A stretch of 64,000 nucleotides of DNA from an uncultured Cryomorphaceae bacterium (GTDB lineage Bacteria; Bacteroidota; Bacteroidia; Flavobacteriales; Schleiferiaceae), in NCBI GenBank assembly GCA_913043285.1, contig CAJWML010000007.1:43955-107954 (forward strand), written 5' to 3'. The notes beneath the pieces were generated by a model that made no database searches, was not told the DNA's origin, and was given only the letters and a program-made list of their open reading frames with translations. Both the position numbers and the translations under genes were made by a program. Numbering within the stretch: position 1 is the first letter of the stretch; each line of letters begins with the position of its first letter. Below are positions 9,257 to 18,555 of the stretch, piece by piece.

Positions 9257-10021
9257 TCAGTAGCTTACAATGTCAATTCCTCCAAAAACCACCACCCCGG
9301 TAATCAGCAGCACCTTATCATCCGGTACTACCTGAACTGCGGAGGTTCTTTTATCTTCCACACCAGCCAGTATGCTTACTACATTGGTGCGTACCTCCCA
9401 ATTGGGTGGAACAATAATCTTCAGTCCTCCGAACACCACCACATTTTCCAGCTCAATGGTGCCTTCAAAATCGGCACGCAACAGGTTGAGCTCAGTGCCC
9501 CCGAATACGGTTACCGTTTCACCGCCTTTAAATTGTTTGGAGACAATATCTTTCTTGGAACCGTTGAATATCGCTACGCTGTCCAGGCGGTGGGGGCTGT
9601 CTTTTAAATTTTCCTCGTACACCTCATAATTACTGTATCGTTCTTTCCAATGGTGCCGTTCATGACCATGGCAATGACCTTTTTTTTTAGGCTTGAGAAG
9701 GATCACGAGGCCCAGTACAATTACCATGATCGGCCAGAAGTATTCGCGCACCTGGAAAGGAATGAAGTAAAGATCGTCCAGTAGAAAGAAACCACCGATG
9801 GCAATGAGTATCCAGGAAGCATTGTTCCTGAACCCGGAGTTGATACCGATGGCCAAACCTATGTAGATGAGGATCATCTCCCAGTCAAATATCCAGCCTG
9901 GTATATAGACGCCCATCTTGCGGAGTAGCCAGAATACACCCAAAAGGATTATGAGGATTCCGGCCGTGGCACCCTTACGGCCGCGATGTTTGGGTTGAGT
10001 ATTAAAATCTTCTGAACTCAT
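9257..10021 (-). CDS. LiaF-like / DUF2154 membrane protein (cell-envelope stress associated family)
   Basis: Four predicted helices, then GGTELNLLRADFEGTIELENVVVFGGLKIIVPPNWEV, typical of the LiaF C-terminal domain. Start moved to the ATG at 10021 (Met25 of ORF 9257..10093) because a TACTTTTG box lies at 10048-10055 inside the longer ORF. Confidence 0.6.
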   Translation of the reverse strand: MSSEDFNTQPKHRGRKGATAGILIILLGVFWLLRKMGVYIPGWIFDWEMILIYIGLAIGINSGFRNNASWILIAIGGFFLLDDLYFIPFQVREYFWPIMVIVLGLVILLKPKKKGHCHGHERHHWKERYSNYEVYEENLKDSPHRLDSVAIFNGSKKDIVSKQFKGGETVTVFGGTELNLLRADFEGTIELENVVVFGGLKIIVPPNWEVRTNVVSILAGVEDKRTSAVQVVPDDKVLLITGVVVFGGIDIVSY

Positions 10022-10047
10022 GGTATCCGTTTTTACGATTGATAAGC

Positions 10048-10055
10048 CAAAAGTA
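10048..10055 (-). promoter_or_regulatory. Bacteroidota -7-type promoter box TACTTTTG
   Basis: Reverse complement of caaaagta. Matches TAnnTTTG. About 27 nt upstream of the ATG at 10021. Confidence 0.35.
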
Positions 10056-10109
10056 GCGGACATGGTACCGATGTAAAAGGCTTTAACGCCCAAGCCGGGA
10101 GGTAAAGTA

Positions 10110-10147
10110 GGTGAATGGTGGATGAGGGGCGGTGAATGGAATTCACC
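10110..10147 (-). repeat. Three copies of GGTGAAT(GG): two direct copies 21 bp apart plus one inverted
   Basis: GGTGAATGG at 10110-10118 and 10131-10139. ATTCACC at 10141-10147 forms the 7-3-7 palindrome GGTGAATGGAATTCACC. Confidence 0.6.
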
Positions 10148-10153
10148 AGTGTA

Positions 10154-11011
10154 TTAGGATCCTCTCAATCTGCGTATTCCCCATATCAACACTGCGGTAA
10201 TAATTAGGAAGGGCCATACCCGGATGAGTAAAATAAGGAAAGCTTCCAATCCGTTCCAGCCGGAAGTAAAGGCATGGGAAGCATCGGTCCAAAACGATTT
10301 TTCCTCCTGGGTATATTCCACCGGTATCTTCTGGATGAGAGTTACATTCAGAGTGCTGTATGAGGTTTGATCCTGTAGTTGTTTCAAACGCACCGTGGTA
10401 CTCTCAATCTCTTCTTCCAACTTGCGGATGTAATCCTGTACTTCCAGGACTTCTTTAATGGTCTGTGCTTTTTTCAGGATGTTCCTGTATTGTTCCAGGG
10501 CCGTTTTTTTACTGCTCAGCCTGCTTTCAATATCCTTATACTGTGAAGTAACATCTACTGCGGATACTTCCTTATCGGTTATCCGGTTAAAACCATTTTC
10601 CAGGGCTGATACCAATGGATCAAAACTATTAACCGGAACCCGTATGGCCAGGTTATAACGAAGGGAATAGTCCTCATCCTGGAAGCTTTCACGGTCATAA
10701 TAACCCTCAAATTGCTTTATGATCTTATCCAGGGTGGCTTTGGCCCTGTAAAGGCTATCCACATCAATGACAAGGGAACCGTTCTTAATGATTTTTTTAA
10801 GGGAGGTTTCAGCAGTTGAGGAAACAACATCCTGAGAGCTTGGATTAACGGGTGGGGTTAACTCTCTTTGTGTGATCGGGACATCTGCATCGGCCAGGCC
10901 TTCTGTGAAAGAGGATGTTGAAGCTTCAGAGGTATTTGTAAAGAAGGATGGATCCTCATTGCAAGACAGGGTAGAAAGGAGCAATAGCAAGAAAGGGAGT
11001 ACACGTCTCAT
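10154..11011 (-). CDS. DUF4349-like lipoprotein with a coiled-coil region and C-terminal membrane helices
   Basis: Lipoprotein-type N-terminus (LLLLSTLSC). Helical middle region. C-terminal FLILLIRVWPFLIITAVLIWGI. Confidence 0.45.
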   Translation of the reverse strand: MRRVLPFLLLLLSTLSCNEDPSFFTNTSEASTSSFTEGLADADVPITQRELTPPVNPSSQDVVSSTAETSLKKIIKNGSLVIDVDSLYRAKATLDKIIKQFEGYYDRESFQDEDYSLRYNLAIRVPVNSFDPLVSALENGFNRITDKEVSAVDVTSQYKDIESRLSSKKTALEQYRNILKKAQTIKEVLEVQDYIRKLEEEIESTTVRLKQLQDQTSYSTLNVTLIQKIPVEYTQEEKSFWTDASHAFTSGWNGLEAFLILLIRVWPFLIITAVLIWGIRRLRGS

Positions 11012-11070
11012 AGCGGTGCATTATGATTAAGTCATGCTAATCAACGCTTTCCCAGTACATTTTCGTTTAA

Positions 11071-11100
11071 ATAAAAAAGCCCACTGTGATCAGCGGGCTT
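11071..11100 (-). terminator. Rho-independent terminator of serA
   Basis: The minus strand reads AAGCCCGCTG-ATCA-CAGTGGGCTT followed by TTTTTTAT. The stem has one mismatch. Confidence 0.7.
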
Positions 11101-11123
11101 CAAGGTCTGTGTAAATAAAGATG

Positions 11124-12077
11124 CTATTTAAGCAATTCAATGATCTGGTCAGCCAGTTCCTCACCAATACGGTCCTGAGCCTCCATAGTAGCTGCACCAA
11201 TATGCGGGCTCAGAGAAGTATATGGGCTCATCAGTACATTAATGGCCGGGGTGGGTTCGTTCTCAAACACATCCAGGGCTGCGTAGCGCAGTTTGCCACT
11301 ATCCAAAGCTTCCAAAAGGTCTTTTTCGTTAACTACACCACCACGGGCGGTATTGACAATGGCTGCGCCATCCTTCATGCTTTCGATCTCCTTCTTTCCG
11401 ATCAGGGTTTGTCCGGCACCGGAAATATGGATAGTAAGGAAATCCGCTTCCTTCAGCACCGCGGCAATGTTGGTGGTTTCCACTTTGGTGGAAATACTTT
11501 GCCCGTCCGCAAAAGGGATGCTAAGTTCAACGGTAGAGGGTGAGTGATCTGCAGCTACTATCTTCATACCCAGGCCGTACGCCATACGGGCCACTTCCTG
11601 GCCAATGCGGCCAAAACCAATGATGCCAAGGGTTTTGCCTTTAAGTTCAATACCGGCTTCGTAGCTCTTCTTAAGTTCCTTGAATTTGGAATCACCTTCC
11701 AGTGGCATTTTCTGGTTGCTGTCAAAAAGATAACGCACCATGCCAAAAAGGTGGGCAAAAACGAGTTCAGCTACTGAACGGGAACTTGCAGCCGGAGTGT
11801 TGATTACGTGAATGCCTTTGGATTGGGCATATTCTACATCAATGTTATCCATACCCACGCCACCGCGGCCAATCAGTTTCAGCTGACCGTTCAGTGAATC
11901 GATAAGGTCCTGGCGCACTTTAGTAGCGCTGCGTACCAGTATGGCGTTCACATTATTTTCCTTGATGTAGTTAGAGAGTTGTTCCTGTGCCACTTTGGTG
12001 GTATCCACTTCAAAACCGTTGTCTTCCAGTTTCTTCTTACCGGATTCTGAAATGCCATCGTTAGCCAGTATTTTCAT
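11124..12077 (-). CDS. serA: D-3-phosphoglycerate dehydrogenase (short 2-hydroxyacid dehydrogenase form)
   Basis: GIIGFGRIGQEVA NAD-binding motif, and it lies next to serC. Start set at Met21 (MKILANDG...), which removes the overlap with serC. Confidence 0.85.
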   Translation of the reverse strand: MKILANDGISESGKKKLEDNGFEVDTTKVAQEQLSNYIKENNVNAILVRSATKVRQDLIDSLNGQLKLIGRGGVGMDNIDVEYAQSKGIHVINTPAASSRSVAELVFAHLFGMVRYLFDSNQKMPLEGDSKFKELKKSYEAGIELKGKTLGIIGFGRIGQEVARMAYGLGMKIVAADHSPSTVELSIPFADGQSISTKVETTNIAAVLKEADFLTIHISGAGQTLIGKKEIESMKDGAAIVNTARGGVVNEKDLLEALDSGKLRYAALDVFENEPTPAINVLMSPYTSLSPHIGAATMEAQDRIGEELADQIIELLK

Positions 12078-12117
12078 AGTATTTATTGAATTGTTAGTCC
12101 CTTGCGGGGAGATTTTT

Positions 12118-13191
12118 TTATCCGTTGGTACGTTCAAATTCCTTCATTACATCCACCAGTGTTTTTACGCTTTCCAGGGGGAGTGCGTTGTACATGCTGG
12201 CGCGGTAACCGCCTACACTGCGGTGACCATTAATGCCGCTGATGCCAGCCTCTTTCCACATAGCGTCAAAAGCCTCGGTTTTTACTCCGTTCACGGGAAG
12301 GAAGCAGGCGTTCATGCTGGAACGGTCTTCTTTTTCTGCCGTGCCGGTAAACAGGCTGTTACGGTCTATCTCATTGTACATCACTTCAGCTTTCTGTTTA
12401 TTCACTTCGGTGATCCACTCCACACCTCCGTTATCCTTTAGCCATTGCAGGGTAAGCATGGACACATATACTGAAAATACCGGTGGCGTATTGAACATGG
12501 ACTCCTTGCTGATGTGGGTGGTATAATCCAGGTAGGCCGGAATATTACGTCCTGTCTTGCCCAGTATCTCATCCTTCACAATAACCAGGGTAGCACCGGC
12601 AGGTCCCATATTTTTCTGGGCACCCGCATAAATAAGGTCAAATTTGGAAACATCCAAGGGTTTGCTGAAAATGTCAGATGACATATCACACACCATCAGT
12701 CCGGGCGTTTCAGGAAATTCCTTGATCTGTGTTCCGAAGATGGTGTTGTTGGAGGTGCAATGGAAATAGTCTGCCTCTCCAGGTATGGAAAATCCTTTGG
12801 GGATGTAGTTGTAATTCTTGTCTTTAGAGCTGCCTACAATGTCCACCTGGCCTATGCGCTGGGCTTCTTTAATAGCATTGCTGGCCCAGGTGCCTGTATC
12901 CAGGTAGGCCGCACGGCCGTTTTCGTTTTTCATCAGGTTGTAGGGAACCATCACAAATTCCAGGCTGGCTCCGCCTTGCAGGAAAAGTATGGAATAGCCT
13001 TCCGGAACCTTCAGGAGCTCACGCACCAGTTCCTGGGCCTTTTCCATTACGGCCACAAAATTTTTACTGCGGTGACTGATCTCGATCAGTGAAAGTTCCA
13101 GTCCGTCAAAATCCAGAACAGCCTGTGAAGCCTGGCGTAAAACCTCTGGTGGAAGTATACAAGGCCCGGCTGAAAAATTATGTTTTTTCAT
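12118..13191 (-). CDS. serC: Phosphoserine aminotransferase
   Basis: 357 aa. N-terminal FSAGPCILP and YAGAQKNMGPAG (PLP lysine) motifs. Confidence 0.9.
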   Translation of the reverse strand: MKKHNFSAGPCILPPEVLRQASQAVLDFDGLELSLIEISHRSKNFVAVMEKAQELVRELLKVPEGYSILFLQGGASLEFVMVPYNLMKNENGRAAYLDTGTWASNAIKEAQRIGQVDIVGSSKDKNYNYIPKGFSIPGEADYFHCTSNNTIFGTQIKEFPETPGLMVCDMSSDIFSKPLDVSKFDLIYAGAQKNMGPAGATLVIVKDEILGKTGRNIPAYLDYTTHISKESMFNTPPVFSVYVSMLTLQWLKDNGGVEWITEVNKQKAEVMYNEIDRNSLFTGTAEKEDRSSMNACFLPVNGVKTEAFDAMWKEAGISGINGHRSVGGYRASMYNALPLESVKTLVDVMKEFERTNG

Positions 13192-13381
13192 AAAAATGAT
13201 TTGTAAAGGTCTACCTGTAGGGGCACAAAATTAACAAAATAGCTATGCCACAAGGGTTAAGGAGGGGTTAATTCCGGTGAAACTGAAGAAATTAAATTTT
13301 TAAGAGGTAGCGCGTCCTATAAACTATTAAGACTATGTATTTTAGCCTTCTTTTTTGTAGTTCAATTCTTAAACTTTTAAA

Positions 13382-14614
13382 ATGTCACAGGGATCGCAAA
13401 CCTTTCAAATTGCCGGGGTAGATGCGTTGCAATTATGCCGTGAATACGACACCCCTCTTTATGTTTATGATACCGCCAAAATGGAGAGCCAGTATAAACG
13501 GCTCAAAAAGGCTTTTAAGGGCAGTAAACATAAGATCAATTACGCCTGTAAGGCTCTGAGCAATGTGAATGTGCTGCGCTTTTTTAAGCAGTTGGGCAGC
13601 GGGCTGGATACCGTTTCCATCCAAGAAGTAGAGCTGGGCCTGAAAGCTGGTTTTGATCCTGCTGACATCATTTATACCCCCAATGGGGTTTCTATTGATG
13701 AGATCAAAAAAGCGGTGGAATTAGGCGTGCGCATCAACATCGATAACCTGAGCATATTAGAGCAGTTTGGCGGCTTGTATGGAGGTGATTATCCGGTGTG
13801 TATACGCATGAACCCCCATATTATGGCGGGCGGTAATGTCAAGATATCCGTGGGTCATATTGATTCCAAATTCGGTATCAGCATCCACCAGACCCGCCAC
13901 CTGGAGCGCCTGGTCAAAAGCCTTAACATAAAAGTGGAAGGGTTGCACATGCACACGGGTAGTGATATCCTGGATGTGGATGTTTTCCTGAAAGGAGCGG
14001 ATCTTTTACTGGAAGTAGCCCGGGACTTTCCGGACCTGCAGTACATTGATTTTGGAAGTGGTTTTAAGGTAGCTTATAAACCCAACGATATTTCCACCGA
14101 TATCGAGGAGCTGGGCCAGAAAATGACCAAAATGTTCAACACTTTTTGCAAGGAGTACGGCCGCGAACTGGAAATAGAATTTGAGCCCGGTAAGTTCCTG
14201 GTGAGTGAAGCAGGCTATTTCTTCTGCAAGGTAAATGTGATCAAGCAAACCACGGCCACCGTTTTTGCTGGTGTGGATACCGGCATGAATCACCTGATCC
14301 GCCCCATGTTCTACGATGCCTATCATCATATTGAGAATATTTCAAATACCAACGGGCGCAAGCGTGTCTATACCGTAGTGGGTTACATCTGTGAGACAGA
14401 CACCTTTGCCAGCGACCGCCAGATCAATGAGATCAATGAAGGGGATATCCTCTGTTTTCATAATGCCGGAGCTTATTGCTTTACGATGGCCAATAATTAC
14501 AACAGCCGTTATAAGCCGGCAGAGGTTTTGGTACATAAGGGCAAGGCCCACCTGATCACCCAAAGGCAAACGCTGGACGATATTTTACGCAACCAGGTAG
14601 AAATAGAATTATGA
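13382..14614 (+). CDS. lysA: Diaminopimelate decarboxylase
   Basis: YACKALSN (PLP lysine), HTGS, EPGKFLV and CETDTF motifs. 410 aa. Confidence 0.9.
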   Translation: MSQGSQTFQIAGVDALQLCREYDTPLYVYDTAKMESQYKRLKKAFKGSKHKINYACKALSNVNVLRFFKQLGSGLDTVSIQEVELGLKAGFDPADIIYTPNGVSIDEIKKAVELGVRINIDNLSILEQFGGLYGGDYPVCIRMNPHIMAGGNVKISVGHIDSKFGISIHQTRHLERLVKSLNIKVEGLHMHTGSDILDVDVFLKGADLLLEVARDFPDLQYIDFGSGFKVAYKPNDISTDIEELGQKMTKMFNTFCKEYGRELEIEFEPGKFLVSEAGYFFCKVNVIKQTTATVFAGVDTGMNHLIRPMFYDAYHHIENISNTNGRKRVYTVVGYICETDTFASDRQINEINEGDILCFHNAGAYCFTMANNYNSRYKPAEVLVHKGKAHLITQRQTLDDILRNQVEIEL

Positions 14615-15063
14615 TACGCTACGAAATACGTAAGGGCGAAGAGCGGGATATTCCCGCTCTGATGACCCTTATTAAGGAGCTGGCTGAATTTGAAAGAGCA
14701 CCGGAGCAGGTCTGCACCGATGAAAAGATATTGCTGCGGGACTGGAAGGAGCACCAGTCCTTTGATTTTTTGGTGGCCGAGATAAATGATAGGGTAGTGG
14801 GCATATCACTTTATTACCCGAGATACTCCACCTGGAACGGCCGTTGTTATTATTTGGAAGATCTGTATGTACAGCCTGATGCCCGTGGTATGGGAGTTGG
14901 CAAAGCCTTATTGCTGGCCACCGTGGAAGAAGCCAAAAAGGCTGGTGCCGGCCGATTGGACTGGCAGGTGCTGGACTGGAACGAAGGGGCAGTACGCTTT
15001 TATAAAAGCCTGGGCGCCCATATTGAAAAGGAGTGGTGGAACTGTAAGCTGGTGATCAGTTAA
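14611..15063 (+). CDS. GNAT family N-acetyltransferase
   Basis: 150 aa. LYVQPDARGMGVGKALL is the acetyl-CoA binding motif. ATGA overlap with the lysA stop. Confidence 0.8.
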   Translation: MIRYEIRKGEERDIPALMTLIKELAEFERAPEQVCTDEKILLRDWKEHQSFDFLVAEINDRVVGISLYYPRYSTWNGRCYYLEDLYVQPDARGMGVGKALLLATVEEAKKAGAGRLDWQVLDWNEGAVRFYKSLGAHIEKEWWNCKLVIS

Positions 15064-15128
15064 AGCTCTAAAATCCCAAACCTCACCAGCAACGTTCAAC
15101 TTTAAACCTTCAGCCTTGAACTTTCAAT

Positions 15129-16619
15129 CTACCGGCTCTGGTTGAACATCCACTGGATGTAATCCGGATCGTTCAGAACGTAATTCCATTCGTGACCACG
15201 ACCGGGCGCTTCAAAGTATTCGGATGAAAAACCACCTTGCTGCAGGGCGGTATGCATTTCGCGGGAGTAGCGCGGGGGCACTACACCATCATTGTCCCCA
15301 TGATAGAGGCGAAAGTCAATGCCAGCCGCATAACTATCTACAAAGGCGGAATCATGCCCCCCGGCAATGGAAACGGCAGCGGCAGGAAGATCAGGCGCAT
15401 AATAGCAGAATTCGAAAGTTCCAATGCCTCCCATGGAGAGCCCGGAAACGTAAATACGCTTGTCATCCACCGCCTCATGGGCCACATAATCACGAACCAG
15501 CTCGATGACCATCTCCATAGCGGTATTGGGATTTTGCTCCACCGGAAATTCAAACAACAACTGGCCATTCTGATCGTACTTGGCCCTGCGCGACCACATT
15601 GTATTGGAAGGGCATTGTGGGAAGATCACAATAGCGGGATAATTGGTTCGCGCATCGTAACTGCCAAAAGTGTTGGATCCATAGGCCATCTGGCTGGTAT
15701 TATTACTTCCCCGCTCTCCGGCTCCGTGCAGGAATATCACCAGGGGATAGGAGCTGGTAGGGTCATAATTACGCGGAAATAAAACCTGATAGGGCAGGGT
15801 ATTACCATTATAGGTAAAAGTCCGTTTTTCAAAGGGAGGAATGCGGTTGGCGGTAAAGATCATATCATCCAGGCCACGCGGGCGTAGTACAAAATCACCA
15901 TTCATCTTAACTAATAATCCTTTGACCGGGCCAAATTTTTCCGGGATGTTTTCATCGTCAAAAGAAGAGCCTGGTTCCATTATCACCTTGATCTCTTTTC
16001 CATTCTGATGTTTCATACTGCGTATCGTGGTTTGATGGGCATCAATGAAAGGTTCTCCGATAAGACTTTCATCAAAATAGAAGCCTGAGGCCACAAAGTT
16101 GGAGTTTAAATCATCATCACTAAGCTGGTTAGGGTCCAAGGCGTCATCCGGCAATCTATTATTCTCACCGGTTTTAATAATTACCTCAGAGCTGTCAATT
16201 GAGGTCAAAGGATTGCCATCAGCCATCGTTAGTGTACGGGATGTTCTGTCAACCTTTAAACCGGTACATACCACTAACAACTCTGTTTCCTGTGGGTACG
16301 TTTGATAGAGTTTGTCCCCAGTCATGGCTATCCTTAGCGCTCCACTGTAGTCCCTTATAAAAAGATGATTCTGGATGTTACCTCCTTTATCACTGGAAAT
16401 AACCGAACCCTTTACCACTACTTTTTCTTTGATCTCCCCATCGCTGAAGTCATTGATTAATTCCATGATAGTATGGGTAGCCTCTAACGGTTCAGGCTCT
16501 GAAGTTGTATGGGTATTGGTTGGCTCATCCTTTTTGGAACAGGCCAAGGTCAGTGAAATAAGAGTAATAAAAAGGGAGGATAAATAGGAAACTCGCATAG
16601 GGTTGTGTATTAAAAACAC
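15129..16619 (-). CDS. Lipoprotein with an OB-like N-terminal domain and a C-terminal alpha/beta-hydrolase (esterase) domain
   Basis: LTLAC lipobox. LVIFLHGAGERG and the GLSMGG nucleophile elbow. HGDNDGVV near the C-terminus. Confidence 0.65.
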   Translation of the reverse strand: MFLIHNPMRVSYLSSLFITLISLTLACSKKDEPTNTHTTSEPEPLEATHTIMELINDFSDGEIKEKVVVKGSVISSDKGGNIQNHLFIRDYSGALRIAMTGDKLYQTYPQETELLVVCTGLKVDRTSRTLTMADGNPLTSIDSSEVIIKTGENNRLPDDALDPNQLSDDDLNSNFVASGFYFDESLIGEPFIDAHQTTIRSMKHQNGKEIKVIMEPGSSFDDENIPEKFGPVKGLLVKMNGDFVLRPRGLDDMIFTANRIPPFEKRTFTYNGNTLPYQVLFPRNYDPTSSYPLVIFLHGAGERGSNNTSQMAYGSNTFGSYDARTNYPAIVIFPQCPSNTMWSRRAKYDQNGQLLFEFPVEQNPNTAMEMVIELVRDYVAHEAVDDKRIYVSGLSMGGIGTFEFCYYAPDLPAAAVSIAGGHDSAFVDSYAAGIDFRLYHGDNDGVVPPRYSREMHTALQQGGFSSEYFEAPGRGHEWNYVLNDPDYIQWMFNQSR

Positions 16620-16686
16620 TAAGGTATTGATAAGCTATGAATTGATAGGCAACCTCATGGTGAGAATCCGGTCTGTATACTTGAAT

Positions 16687-17136
16687 ATGCAACCAGATAG
16701 ACCCTTGTTTCGAATCATCCTATCTTCAGTACTTTGCTTGCTAAGCTGTTCTTTTTTATCCGCACAGACCGTGGTGGAGGAGATTAGCTTTTCCAGTAAT
16801 TTTGAAGCGGATAGCTCTGACTGTGAAACCTTGACCTCTAAGATATCAAGAGCAAAAGAAGCACAGGATAAGCTTATTTCTACCATGCATCGCAAAGCAG
16901 ACTCATTAAGCAAACTGGAATATCCTTGCTATGAGTACAGGATTAAAATAGTGGATCAGGTGCCTTTCAGGCAAGAGCCGTCAGTTACTGTAGTTTGTAG
17001 CGGAAACACAGGCTATTTGGCTTACCAAACGTATCGCAAGTTTACTTTACGGATCGTCCGGGATAGAAGGTTCAATCTTTTTTATCCCATGCATTCGGGT
17101 AAGGTGTTTTGCAGATCAGATATTTATCGTCCTTAA
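16687..17136 (+). CDS. Hypothetical secreted protein
   Basis: The internal ATG at 16687 gives MQPDRPLFRIILSSVLCLLSCSFLSAQ, a signal peptide. No family recognised. Confidence 0.4.
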   Translation: MQPDRPLFRIILSSVLCLLSCSFLSAQTVVEEISFSSNFEADSSDCETLTSKISRAKEAQDKLISTMHRKADSLSKLEYPCYEYRIKIVDQVPFRQEPSVTVVCSGNTGYLAYQTYRKFTLRIVRDRRFNLFYPMHSGKVFCRSDIYRP

Positions 17137-17153
17137 CCTAAATCTAAAACGTT

Positions 17154-17450
17154 ATGAGTTTTGCCGGATCTGTACAGGCCATGATCACCTCACTGAAAAA
17201 CAATGCGAGACAGCGAAATACGCTCTACGATAAGAAGAGTGTATTTCAACTCAGAAGTCGTAAAAACATAGCCTGTAAACCGGAAAGGAAAGCTACTCCC
17301 GAGCAATTAAGGGCCATTAAAGAGCGTCTTCAACGGTATAACCGCACTGTATTTATAAGATCCTCCTTGGCATTTGCAGCATTATTGCTGTTATTGTGTA
17401 TGGGAGCGTGGCTATGCTGGCCTTATCTCATGGAATTCGCGGGTTTTTAA
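17154..17450 (+). CDS. Hypothetical small protein with a C-terminal membrane helix
   Basis: 98 aa. Basic N-terminal half, then FAALLLLLCMGAWLCW. No family recognised. Confidence 0.4.
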   Translation: MSFAGSVQAMITSLKNNARQRNTLYDKKSVFQLRSRKNIACKPERKATPEQLRAIKERLQRYNRTVFIRSSLAFAALLLLLCMGAWLCWPYLMEFAGF

Positions 17451-18427
17451 TCGCCTACCGAGCGGGCCATTTCCCGGATGTCATTTTCCTGGAGGTTAAA
17501 GCTGTTCCCTTCAAATTCATGGAAAAGGATCTCTCCTTTGGTATTGAAAATGGAGAAGTGTTTTTCTTCCCCGGATTGGACGTATACAAACACATAATTC
17601 AAATGGGAAACGTCCTCCAGGATAAGGTTGCTTAACTGCTCACGTTTCAGTATTTCGTAGCGATGAGGATAATCCTCAAAAAGATCAATGGCGGCACGTA
17701 CCTGGGTGGTATCATCCCTCAGGTCCTCTTCGATAAGTACATAGTCCGGAACGTATAATATCTCATTTCGCAGTAATCCAAGCCCTGCTGAATCCTCCCG
17801 GGCCCAGTCGTCATACAGCGAAGGTGCGGTAATATTATCGTCAATGGACAAACCTTTGGAAACGTGCCTGAAATACAGGCTGAGGAGTCCCGGGCTGTCA
17901 TTGTAGAACTTTCCTTCCTTGTAGATGAGGTCTTTTTTATCCTCGTCTCCAGGCACCTTGATCAGTTTTTTTACGAACTCGTGCTCTGGGTATAGTTCAA
18001 TGCGGGCATAAGGAACCCGGTCACGGCTTTTGGGTACCCACAATAAAAGGTAAACCTTGCAATCCACCTCTCTTTCCTTACCGATATTGGTATTGACCTT
18101 AACCACCGGACTTACCTCCAGGGTTATAAAGGCGGTATTGCGTTCACGTTCGTACTTCTTGAAATTACGGATGTGATCAAACTCCAGGCTATTGAGGTCC
18201 CATGCTCCTTTGAGAGCCTTTTTAAGATCCTCCAGCCGGGCCTCGTCCTTTTCACCATAAAAGAAAATGGTTTTATTGCGTTCCATCCTACGTACATCAC
18301 CTTTTCGTATCATTCCGGCACCATCTCGGATATTAGGACTTTCAAATGAGCCTATATTGATCTGAGCATGAACTTCCCAAAAGCTGGAAACAATCAGCGC
18401 CATGGCAAAAAAGTAATGTTTAAGCAT
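17447..18427 (-). CDS. Hypothetical secreted protein
   Basis: Met12 of ORF 17447..18460 gives MLKHYFFAMALIVSSFWEVHAQ, a signal peptide. No family recognised. Confidence 0.5.
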   Translation of the reverse strand: MLKHYFFAMALIVSSFWEVHAQINIGSFESPNIRDGAGMIRKGDVRRMERNKTIFFYGEKDEARLEDLKKALKGAWDLNSLEFDHIRNFKKYERERNTAFITLEVSPVVKVNTNIGKEREVDCKVYLLLWVPKSRDRVPYARIELYPEHEFVKKLIKVPGDEDKKDLIYKEGKFYNDSPGLLSLYFRHVSKGLSIDDNITAPSLYDDWAREDSAGLGLLRNEILYVPDYVLIEEDLRDDTTQVRAAIDLFEDYPHRYEILKREQLSNLILEDVSHLNYVFVYVQSGEEKHFSIFNTKGEILFHEFEGNSFNLQENDIREMARSVGD

Positions 18428-18555
18428 AATCGTAATTGAGGTTTTCACAAATATATCCATAAGTCTTTACAAGCAAATGCCAAATGGGTAAAGCCAAACG
18501 GGAGTATTATATTAAGCGATGCTTAGTACATTCGCAAACTGTAAGTTTATACACA

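Noticed and set aside
13192-13381. Lysine riboswitch upstream of lysA
   Set aside because: AGAGGTAGCGCG loosely recalls the L-box 5' end. Only ~70 nt remain before the ATG, and no multi-helix structure is apparent.
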